Positions 53,100 through 64,000 of a DNA stretch of 64,000 nt are shown one piece after another. This DNA comes from Blastocystis sp. ATCC 50177/Nand II. Lineage: Eukaryota. Where the stretch lies: assembly GCA_039096935.1 (NCBI GenBank), contig JBBPEE010000035.1:248001-312000 (forward strand), given 5' to 3'. The notes under the pieces are model-generated. The model was given only the letters and a program-made list of their open reading frames with translations, was not told the DNA's origin and did no database searches. The position numbers and the translations under genes were made by a program. Position 1 is the first letter of the stretch, and each line of letters opens with the position of its first letter.

Positions 53100-53674
53100 T
53101 TCCACTTTCAAGCAAGAGCTTCAGCCAAGGAGAATATCACAGCAAATGCAGCAGCACGGAATTCTATGGTACAAGGCAGGATACCACAGAACAGTCAGAG
53201 GAAAGGCTTCCTTTTGATGATGATATGGAGACTGAAACGGTTGCACTATAACCGGCACTTCTTTTCTCATGTGTTGTTCTTTGCTGTTTCTTTGTGTGTG
53301 CAGGATGCATAGTGCAGAAAAGGTGCTAGAAGTCCTTGTGACTCTCTGCGGAAGATCATTCCAGTGAGTGCTCTGTTACACAGGAGAACTGTGTGCGTAT
53401 GTCATTCTGCAATGGTTGGGACATTATATAGGGTATTCTGTGAGAAATCGCCCATCGCCCATTTGACTGTTTAATCCTTTTGTTTGAGTAGTGGACCGTA
53501 TACGCCTGGTATTCCCGTTATTTGTATTGCTATTCACAATCGTATTGAGAGAACTCCATCCATTTGACAAACCATACGCATATCCCATTTGTGCCAGCAG
53601 CGCCAAATGGGAATGGGATTCAAATGGAAGTGCGAAAAGGGGGCTTGGTTTAACTGGAGATCATCGCTAAAGAC

Positions 53675-55427
53675 ATGTTCAATCCAAATCGTAAAACCGA
53701 ACACGGAAACCTCATGAATAGGACAAACAAGAGAGCAACTCCTTCGCGCTGTATTGCTGGATGGTTACGTTACAGAGAGAACCATCAGAAAGACGGTGAA
53801 TGGTGTGGACTATGACGTGACCACATACCAGGGAGAACATGCAGATGAGTACTTGCGTGTGAAAGTGGACAGTGGGAATTGTCAGTTATGCGAGAAGGGA
53901 ATCATCAAATACTCCTGGAAAGAAGTTGACGGGACAAAGAAAGGTGCAGTCATCACATATAAGGACGGAAGAATGTGGAATCGTACGACTTGGGATTCTC
54001 TGATGGAAAACAAGGGATATCGTTACGTTCATAACGACGACGATGGGCTGAAGTTAGTGGTTGAATCCGATCATGTGGTTTACGTGGGTGGCTTTGATGA
54101 TGTGGATTCGATGAAGAGAGAAGGAATGGGAATGGAGTTTGATAAGGAGAGCGGAAGAGTGCTGCGATGTGGCGTGTGGAAGAATGATCAGTTATTCCAG
54201 ATCACGCAGGAGTTTGAGAGCGAAGAGGTGATGATTGAGTACACGGTGGGAGAAGAAGAAAACGTGAGTGCGTTGAACCGTCATCCCGTCTACAAGGGTG
54301 GCTATGCATATGACGAGGAGAAGAGAGAGTATGTGCGGAACGGGGAGGGTTGCGAGATCGAGAATGAACGGGCAGTGAGAAGAGGAGTGTGGGAGAAGGG
54401 TGAGATGGTGAAGAGCATCGAACTGTTTGATGGATGTAACATGGGGTTGGATGAGAGCGACTCCACGTGGTGGGGAAAGCACATTGTGGTGCATAGCACG
54501 AGACAGTGGGAGAATGTGGACAAGGACGTGGTGGACCTTGTGATTGCGTCAAAGTGCTGCAACGACGGCAAGTCGCGCGTGCTGGATCTGAGCCGATTCT
54601 CGAAGCTGAGGAGTCTGAAGATCGGCGACGAGTGCTTCAAGAACGTGGACGAGGTGAAGATGGTTGGGTTGGCGCAGCTGGAAACGGTGGTGGTTGGAAA
54701 GAACAGCTTCACGGACACCGAAGGCCTGAAGAACCCGAATCGTCATTTCTACCTGAAGAACTGTCCTGTTGTGAAGGAGCTGAAGATCGGCACGGGCTCC
54801 TTCTCGGACTACACTGTGTGCGAGATTGAGGATGCGAAGGCGCTGGAAACGATTGAGATCGGCAACCTGAAGGTGATTAGCGTTAACTTCTTCTGGGCAG
54901 ATCTGGTTCTCAGGAGTGATCGACGGGGGTGAGAGTGATGGATAGACTTGCCGGAGCTGAAGTCGCTGGTGCTGGGCGTCGGCGCGTTTGACTGTTCTTA
55001 CCGCGCTGTGCTGGAGGGTGAATGCGATGTTTCTGGTTCACGATAAGACCTGCCGAAGCTGACTTCCATCCAGCTTGGGAAAGACGCGCTGAGCTTCTAC
55101 CACAACGATCCATCCACCGCATTGGTCATGAGGAGTGATGCCTCTGGGTTGGCGTGATGCCTAGACCTGCCCAGCCTCGTCTCGCTTGTCACGGTGGAAG
55201 AGAAGAGTTACAGTCTGTGGTTCCCTCACCATGTCACTGTCGAAAGTGAATCTCTGCTGTTGCTGTGACAAGTAGATCTCCCTTCCCTAAAGGATGTTGC
55301 TTTGCAGCAGGGATTCAGGCATATCCGTGAATTGAGCAAGAAGAGTAGTTTTTTCTGCTTCTCTTCCTCACATGTAGATGTGGGAGAACTGGACCCCCTC
55401 CTCAAGTTGGAAGAAGCAGAAGAGTAA
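53675..55427 (+). CDS. Hypothetical protein with MORN-like region and LRR-like beta-solenoid repeats
   Basis: YVGGF..REGMGMEF..GVWKND; LRSLKIGDECF, LETVVVGKNSF, LKIGTGSF; five phase-1 introns at repeat boundaries. Confidence 0.7.
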
Positions 55428-55571
55428 TGACATCCATTGCGTTTCCCCTTGCCAAGCCTCCCGTTATAGACTGTGCTTGTTTCTTCAATACACATGCGCT
55501 TCAGAAACGATCAATCCGTTCTAAGGGCGGGAGTTTCATCCAAGAGGCTTTGTGCTCAATTTCTTTCCAGA

Positions 55572-58500
55572 ATGAGCTCAAAGGGTAATCGTAGAGCTAA
55601 AGGCGATAAGGGGCCTGCGAAAAGCAGCCAGTCCATAGCGTTTGTGAATTCTCTGTCTCCGATGGAAGGAGTGGACATGAGTCTGCTGAATGGCATCGAC
55701 ATTACACTGGGACCGAATTCGACGACGCCTCGGAGCAATTCAGAGTGCGCTGTATATTTCGGGAGAAATGAGCTGTACCGCAGCCAGCTGAAGCTGCTCT
55801 CCAAGAAGAGTGCAGTCACGCGTTTGCGAGTGGGAACCGGCGCGAAGGGTCATTGTTAGGCACTGAGGGACATGCGGGGCATCGTTCACTCCTGCGGCAG
55901 GGAAGACGTTTCCGAGATGATGCCCTCTCTCTGCTACTACTACAGAGAAAGTCTGTATTGCCAGAGTTTCCAAGTCCGTTTGGAGGTCAACAAGGGTAGT
56001 CCTGCTGCGAAAAGTCGACTCTAGTACTATTGGAAGCTGGAACAATTCTTGGCAGCGATGTCGGTCACTTCGTCAAATTCTTCATCGTTCCCCTGCACGT
56101 ATTTATGTGTGACGCGAATGCATCCGTAAAGCAGTTCTGCAACGAAGTGTTCCTTGTTCCCTGTCGTTTTCTCGTCTGACGCGTAGAAATTGATCCCGGA
56201 GAATCGTCGCACTTCGGTGCAGTCCAAATACTATGATGAGATACTCGATTATGCGGAATCGCTCCTCCACGTCGATGCGAACGTTCTTGATCAGCACCAC
56301 GAGGAATCGGGTTTGTCCTTTTCTCCTCCCTCATCGTCAGAGTCGTTTGAAGAGTCCATCGACCGTCTCCACAGCATATCGCAGATGGTCTTCACATTCC
56401 TCTTGCAGCTGCATCTCCCCCTTTCTCCACACGCCCTCTCTCTCTACCGCAGCGCGCTGCTGGCCGGCCGCACCGAGGTCATCGAGACGGGCCACTCCTG
56501 CACTCTCACTCTGTGCATGGAGATTGCCCGCTCGATTTCATGGCGGGAACTCTTCGCGGATGCGCCGCAGTTGGAGGGGAAGTTCAAGAAGGCCTGTCGC
56601 CAGCTGCTGTTCGAGAGTGGTCCGTCAAAACCCGAACCCACTCGCAACCATCTCGGGAGCATTCTGTCTCTGTGGCTGAGTCTGTCCTCCAAGTGGGTAT
56701 GTGAGATCGTGTTGAGAGTAGGTACCCCAGCGTGTACGAGGGAATCGACGTGGAGCAGTACATTTCCCAGCTCATCGCCAAGATGAAAAAGTTGGGGCGT
56801 TGGGGGCGCTTGAGCGTAGGCCCACGGCCGCCTCCTCTGTGCTGTGCGAGAACTTCGCGTTTGTGCTGCAGGTGTTCGGTCGCTGCGTGCTGCCCGCCTC
56901 TTTTCCACTGGCCCGCCTCTGCGCCCGCGTGGTGGCCAGCCTCGCCGAAGACGCCACCACAGGCAGTGCAGACAGTGCAGGCAGTGCTGGTGACAGCAGC
57001 AAGGTGACGGCGGTGCTGGCGGCGGTGTTGGGCGTGTTGCTGCGCAGCAATGACGACGACGCCAGCGCGGCGGAGGCCGTCGACAGCTGCGCCGCCTTCG
57101 TGCCGCGGCTCTTCCGCGAGCTGCGCGGCAATACCGCGAAGTCCGTCTCCGACGTGTTCCTGCTCCTGCTGCGCCTGCGGCCCGCGCTCTTTGTCCCCAC
57201 CTTCCAGCCCCGTTTCCTCGCCGCGCTGGCTGTGCTGCAGGACCCTACCACCGCCCCCGCGCTGGCCGCCCTCGCCGCGCTCAAGGGCCAGTTCCCCGTG
57301 GAGGTGCGAGCCACCGTGCTGGAGGCGGTGAAGACGCTGCTGCACACCTACAACACGGAGCAGGTGCCTGACGCCATGCTGCTGGGCAAGCTGATGGAGC
57401 AGATCGCATGCTTCCTCTCCGAGACGCCGTGGGGGTGCCCCCCGTTTTTCACCTCTAGGGAGATCACGAGCGAGGTGGCGGCGCTGCTGAAGGAGGAGGA
57501 GTGCTGCCTGGTGGTCCGCTTGACGCGTCACATCGTGGCGAAGGCGCTGGAGAAGAACCCGATGGAGCCGCGCAGTGCGTTCTTCCCGTTCCACTCACCC
57601 GCAGGTGTGTCGCTGTTCGCCTCCCTTCTGACCTTCCTGTCTCTCTTCAAGGAAACGCCCGTCTTCCCCGATCTGTCCGCCGCTCTCTTCGCCCACCTCC
57701 AGGCTCGTGCGCTCTCTCCCTTCTCTTCACCCTCAGGCGTCCAGTCCACCACACAAGCAGAAACAATGCCTGCTATGGTCACAGAAACCGAAGCAACAGC
57801 AGGAGACAACCGCGTCGCCTTCTTGCTGGCGCTGGTGGGCGGGTCGGCGCTGGCGGCGTGCCTGCCGGGCGTGGAGGAGGCGGTGCACAGCGCGGTGCAC
57901 TACGAGACGCCGGCGTACCTGCTGGAGATCGCGATGAAGTGCCTGGAGCGCGGCGACGAGGCCGTGGCGAAGGCGCTGCTGGAGAAGGAGTGGGAGGACG
58001 TGTCGCTGGTGCTGCGCCTGCTGAAGGAGGAGAAGGTGCGAGTGTGCAGCTCGTTGGCAGAGGCGGCGAAGACGGCGCTGGCGCGCGTGCTGTCACATTA
58101 TTCCTTTCACCTTACACGCAGACATGATCGCGCGTTCGACGAGGCGGAGCAGGAAGCGCTGACCGCTCTGGCGCGCACGGCGGACCCTCTTCTGCAGGAC
58201 GGCTTCACCGCCTTCATCACCGCCACTCTGCAGGATACGCTCTGCGAGGCGGATGTACCGCCACTCCGCCGTCTGAACCGTAGGTCGCGACGGCGGCGCT
58301 GCTGATCCCCGTGCTGCCCTCGCTGCAGTCCGTGACGAGCCTGGTCGAGTCGGACGCCTTCTGGTCCGCCGCGGTGCTGCAGCCGCGCGAGTGAGCGAGC
58401 GGTGTGGGACTCACACGCAGCTACGCCAGCCTCCTCCGCCTCGTCCACCAGCTGGAGCTGGCACTGCCCAACCCGCCGCACCTGACGGCTCTGGGACACC

Positions 58501-60671
58501 TGACGTGCTGCGTGCTGGCGACGACGGAACAGACACCCGTCATCGCCTCTAAGATCGATGCCTTCGCTTTCACGCCGGCGATGATCGCTGACTGCCTGGC
58601 GGTGTACGCCCGGATCGAACCCCGCTCGGAGAGTCTTTTTTCGTCCTCCTCTTCCCCATAGAGTACGAGCTGACCCTGCAAGCCAACCGCCTCCTCCTCC
58701 AAGCGGCGCACGTGTCCCAATTCGCCTCGTTTTTGGACGCCGCTCTGCCGCACGCCTTCCACCACCGCTACTTGAAGAAGGTTTGCTGCGCCGACAAGGA
58801 CGCCTTCTCCTTCCGCGACGCCACGCCCGTCACCACCGCCTTCTTCGCCGCCTTCGACGCCGCGCTTCAGCGTCTGGCCGCGGCGCTGGAGGCGGAGCAG
58901 GACGCAGAACTGCTTCCCGCCCTCTCCCATGTACGCCTGTTCCTGAACAAGTACGTTTGCTTCTCGCAGGAGGAGCGCGATCTACTCGTGCGCGTCAAGC
59001 AGGCCCTCTGCGCCCTCGCCATCGCACTGAACGATCCCTCCAGCGCCTCCGCCTTCGCCGCGCGCCTGCGTCCGCGCCAGCAAGAGGTGATGGAGGCGGT
59101 GTTCGCGTTCGTGACGGACCTGCTGTCGTGCTTCGCGCTGAACGAGGAGTGCTCGGCGCTGTTCGAGGGAGAGATCTGGACACTGGCCTCCTCCTGCACG
59201 CGGCTTATGGCGACGATGCAGGATTGTGGTACCCCCCGTTTTTCGCGGTCACGTGTAGCGATGCGCTTCTACAAGAACATGAACCGCATCCACGCGCAGA
59301 ACGCGTTCACCATCGACGAGGCGGTGTTCAATTCGCTGACGCTCACGCTCAACTCCATCATCACCACCATTCTGGAGGCGTATTGCCAGGACTCCTCACT
59401 CCACACGCACCTTCTCTACCGCATCTTCCAATCCATCTCCACCTAGTACCCTCGGGGCGTTTCACTCACGGAGTAGTCAGAGTCTCGTGGCGACGACGCT
59501 GATCGACAAATGGCTGGCTGTCTTCACCAGCCACGACATGAAGGCCGTGGTCAAAACCACTATCTGCATCCTCTTCGTCCTCCAGTCGAGTGGCCCCCAC
59601 TTTTTCGATTGACGCGCAGAGTGCGACCTTCGTCACGTGTTGCAGTCGCTGAAGAAGCGAAGCGAGGTGCTGGGCAAGGGTGAGTCCTTCTGAAGAGGCT
59701 GAGGCGTAGAAGGCTATTTCCAGAAATCGATGCTTTTCCTGCTGATCGTCAGCCAGGCGGTGCTGGAGGTGCAGCAGAGCGAGCCGCTGGAGGCGGACGA
59801 GGCGTGGGAGGCGCTGCTGCAGGAGGCGACGGCGCTGGTGGCGAAGCTGGACGCGGCGCACGTGTTCTCGCGCGTGTTGCTGCAGATCGCGAAGGACACG
59901 CCGTTCACCTCCCAGTCGCTCAAGAGCCGAGTGGGTGTGGCTGGTGATGGTGACGCACAGCCCGCGGCGCCGCTGCTGTCGCCGCGCGTGCTGTTCCTGC
60001 CGCGGCCGCTGCCCCAGCTGCCGGCGTACACGCTGTTCGCGCTGGCGGTGGCGCTGCCCTTCCGCCTGCAGAGCTTCTACATCAACGATTTGGACGCGCT
60101 GCCGCACGCGCAGCGGCTGTCCTTCGCCGCCTACTTCCAGCTGTTCGTGACGCCGGCGGTGACGAAGCAGCCCGTGCCGAGCATCAACGCGCTGCTGGCG
60201 AAGTACGAGATGGAGGACGCGGCGGCGAGCTGCGACGGGACGCGCGTGGTGCTGACGATCCACACGGGCGTGACGGAGCTGCGCATCTGCTTCTTCCACT
60301 CGGAGCTGTACCCGCTGAACGCGACGACGGTGGGCGCGGGTGCGCGGCGTGAGGCGTAGACGATCTCGGACCAGCTGGAGTTCCTGAAGGCGAAGGACGT
60401 GGCGAAGTGGCAGGTGGCGCTGCGGCAGCGGCTGAGCCGGTGCTCGTCGTTCGCGGTGGGCGTGGTGGAGATGGCGAAGATGCTGACGGACAAGCTGAAC
60501 AGCGTGGAGCCGTGCCCCATCTGCTACTGCGTGCTGCACCCCACCAACCACTCGCTGCCCGACAAGCACTGCACGCAGTGCGTGGGCGTGTTCCACAGCG
60601 ACTGTCTGAACGTATGGTTCCGCACCTCCAACGGGCACATCTGCCCGCTCTGCCGCCAGCCCATGGACTGA
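55572..60671 (+). CDS. LTN1: Listerin E3 ubiquitin ligase
   Basis: MSSKGNRRAKG..SS, LKLLSKKSAVTRL N-terminus; C-terminal RING CPICY..LPDKHCTQC..FHSDCL..WF..CPLCR. Confidence 0.85.
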
Positions 60672-60714
60672 TTGTGACTTTCGCGTGTTTGTTGCAAACA
60701 GACCAACCGCCGAT

Positions 60715-61813
60715 TCAGTGTACACTGCCGTCCGCCTTCACCTCCACCTGTTCCTTTGGTTCCTCTGATTTCTTCCCGTTCCGCTCCTCCTCCGCAGCCT
60801 TGCTCGCCTCCTTCACCGCCTCGCGCGTCGCCTTCTCCGCCTCCTCGGCCTTCTTCTGCTCCTCAGCCTTCTTGGTCTCCTCCTCCTTCTTCCGTTCTTC
60901 CTCCCTCTTCTTCTTGTCCTCCTCCTCTCTCTTCTTGTCCTCCGACTTCCGCGTGTTCTCGTCCTCCTTCTCCAGCTGATCCTTCATCGACCACCAAGTG
61001 TGCATGTTGCGCGGAATCGTCTCTCCCTTCTTCACATTAGCACATCCAACACACAACCTTACAGCGAGAATGTTGTCCCAGTGGCCTCTCTCCTTCTTCT
61101 TCATCATCAGCACCACGCGGCCGACGGAGGCATCGTTCCAGTGACACTCCTACTCTTTAGGGCGTAAAGCGAGCACAACCTCAGGATTCAATTCCTTCAG
61201 CAGCGCCAGACTCAGCTGGAACTTCTTCTTTGTGGACGGGCTAGACATGATGGTAGAACACGCAACAGCACCATTTCGACTCCACGTACACGCTCCGCTC
61301 CGAAAAGGTGATGTTGGAGACGGAGCAGCCGAGAGTGGCCGGCGTGTCCCACTTATGGGCATACTTGATGTTCACGTTGATCTACGGGTGAACAGAGGCG
61401 CAAACACGGACATCGCTCATGCCTTGCGCCCACTGGAAGGCGGGATGAATAATGGACCAGTCGTTGCGGTTGCGGTTGATCATGTTCTGGATCTTCTGCA
61501 AGTTCGACTTGATGATGGCGGACGACCGAGCGAACGGAGAGGAGATGTCAATCTTCTGCTCCTCCGCCACGGTGACAATGTGCTCCGCGGCAGTCCACCA
61601 CGACCGCTGCACCGCCTAGAACTGACAGCCAAACGGAGCTCGAACAATGGAAATCAAGTTCTTGTCCATCTTCTCGTTCTTCTCGATCAAGTCCTTGATC
61701 CAGTCGATCGCCTGCTCCTCCGATGCACACTCACGAAACTCTAATCCGCACGTAACACACTGCAGCAGGAAGAATGCAGCAAGATAGAAGGAAACGCGAT
61801 GTAAGCACGCCAT
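60715..61813 (-). CDS. Signal-peptide-bearing CS/p23-like domain protein with charged tail
   Basis: Hydrophobic N-terminus; HPAFQWAQ, AHKWDTP, KKFQLSL, MHTWWSM; E/K-rich C-terminus. Confidence 0.6.
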
Positions 61814-62032
61814 TATCCCCGGAATTGAAATGGAAAATGAGTCTATTCGATTCCCGTGAGGTTGAATTCTGGGGATGGGTGGGATGCAGCTCTCTCTTCT
61901 CTTGCGTTTGTTTCGTCTCTATACGACCCTTCCTCATTTCCACGAAGTACCCCTCCTTTCATGTCATCCCACTCCCCCACCATTTGACTCCACGCGATGA
62001 AAAGGCAAAGTGTGCTTCACGGACATGGAATT

Positions 62033-63259
62033 ATGAAAACACTAACGATTTGGGATATCTTGCTCCTCCTGGAAGCAGTGTGTTACGTTGTTTTCATTGT
62101 TTTGGTGGCCTTGGAATTCTGCTCCACATCGTTTTCCATGTGGTGGATTTGATAAGGACATTTACGGTAGAGACACCAGTCTGGGTAGCGAGGTGCGCAA
62201 GACGATATACCTGCTTGTCTTCATCGGATCGCTGTTTCGCTTAATATCGTTTAGAGCTATTGCAACGATTGAGTTGTAGCATTGCCTGCCATGTCTTCAT
62301 GGTGCTTCCCGATTACTGTCGAGAGTTCACAATCACAGTGCTGGAGGAGGTGACCAACTTGATTTTTGTAACGGGGTATGGATTGCTGCATCGGTGTGAA
62401 CTAGTCTTTCTCTGCAGGTTGTTTTCCTCGTCCAGATCTACTACGCGCTGTTGGGACTGTCTCAGCCCGCCATTCGCCATGTGTTTATTATTGTAATCAT
62501 GTCCGTAAGCGTGATTGGTTGCTTTCACCCAAGTCGTACGCCCTTCTCTTCCTTTGCGTCTTCCTCTGCTTGTTTGTGAACGTCAGTGTTATGCTGAAGG
62601 GTGTCCAGTGCGATTGCCTCTCCTTCCTGACTCCTAGTCTTATCTTGGTGGGTCTGTGCATATTCTGTTTGCTGGCGCTCTTGCGGTACGGAAGTCAAGT
62701 AGTGGAGAGAGCGGCTGTTGATGTTCAGATTTACCAGGAGATGAAGCGAATCGATGTGTCAAAGAGTGTCATTCGGAAAGTTGCACACGCTCGCTCTGTT
62801 TTCCATAGATGTTCATCATTCTGACCATTTCCTCCTTCACCTTCTTTTTGCGTGGCACTCTCGATTGCTTATTCATCTTCGAAGTAATTGTTCTCGACTT
62901 CGAGTGGTTTCTCCCTCCGCCTGTCACATCTAGTGAGAATGCGAATGGCAACATGCATCTCATCGGATCGCACCTCTACGCATCGTATGCGCTTTCGGTA
63001 CTTCTCATTCTGCAGAACGATGTACTTCTTCTTCTACTACTTCTTGACGGAAATCTTCCCATTGTCCATCCTTCTTCTCTCCACGTATATTCGCCACCAG
63101 CCCGCTCCGAAGGCAGTAAGCACGCCCGTTGCCACCTCGTCGCACACCCCCTACTCATCACCGCCGCAGAGTGCGTACTCGCGGTACAGCGGAAGTTGGG
63201 TCTTCAGTCGCTCGCACTACAACGGCGGAGACAGTATGAAGCAGGCCGTGATCACCTAA
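62033..63259 (+). CDS. Multi-pass membrane protein (possibly THH1/TOM1/GPR137-like)
   Basis: Several hydrophobic exons; YYFLTEIFPLSILL followed by a Ser/Tyr-rich tail. Confidence 0.5.
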
Positions 63260-63384
63260 GTTGAGTATGACAAGTAGCTACTGTCGCCGGAGCAGAGCAC
63301 TCACTCGATCAGCATCCAGCTGTCGACGCACATCAACTCGAAGAAGGTTTTGTAATATAGTGGGCTGTTTGGAAGAAACACCAA

Positions 63385-64000
63385 TTAACACTTGTAACCA
63401 GTGACGGTGACGATGACAATGGAGACAATCAGACCGTACAGAGCCAGAGCCTCTCCGAAAATGAGCATCAGAATCATACCCACGAAGATCTTCTCCTGCT
63501 GACCGCAAGCGCGAACACCTATGGGTGACAGCATTTCAGATAAGCGCACCAGCATCTCCAGCAATACCAATGGAAAGACCGGCAGCCAGGCAAGAAAGAC
63601 CGCAGCTGAGACCCGCAGCCAGATGACCGTAGCCGGAGTAGCTCGTGTAGTGGGTACCGGCAGCGTTCACGGGGTAGACTAGGGTGAAGCAAGAGGAGAG
63701 AGCAATACTCGAGTACACCATGATAATGGAGGCAATCAGTCCGTAAATACCCAGAATACCGGCCATAATGACGGGCAGCATGTTTCTCATGACGGCATCA
63801 GGTCTGAAGACACCCATCGAGCATACACCAACACCGGCCTTGGCCGTTCCGTAGGCGGAACCGAGGTCTACACACAAATGATGGAGGGTGGCGAAAAGAC
63901 TCACTGGCGAAGATGATAGAGGCAGCCACTCCCATAAAGCCGAAGAAAGGAGCGGAAGTGGGGCACAATTCAGAAATGGTGAGGTCAAACACGGTGGAAA
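63385..64000 (-). CDS. ATP6V0C: V-ATPase 16-kDa proteolipid subunit c (start likely outside window)
   Basis: [55 protein letters not shown]. Confidence 0.95.

Overview
Gene-dense eukaryotic nuclear DNA that I infer to be from Blastocystis (stramenopile). The basis is ~30-nt GT-AG introns, tiny intergenic spaces and a TGTTTGTT-type motif at most 3' gene ends. About 33 intron-containing genes are present, including mitochondrial L19, SLC33A1, a DIX protein, EB1, LysRS, Ran, COPA, SF3B4, RPSA, GCH1, TOR, SHQ1, DNAJC17, an Arc1p-like protein, eIF4A, RPL14, WDR37, a BAR-SH3 protein, DPH5, GSK3, listerin and V-ATPase c. An accessory block at ~32.4-39.3 kb holds two paralogous tail-anchored STE20-like kinase/LRR genes and an internally deleted ABCC pseudogene. 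It also holds an intact-looking 1722-bp pogo/Fot1-type DD35D DNA transposon (46-bp perfect TIRs, TA TSD) inserted into one kinase. Seven genes appear to have their stop codon completed by polyadenylation 4 nt upstream of the motif; in one this would expose a CaaX box. Gene identities come from motif recognition only, and exon boundaries were read by eye.
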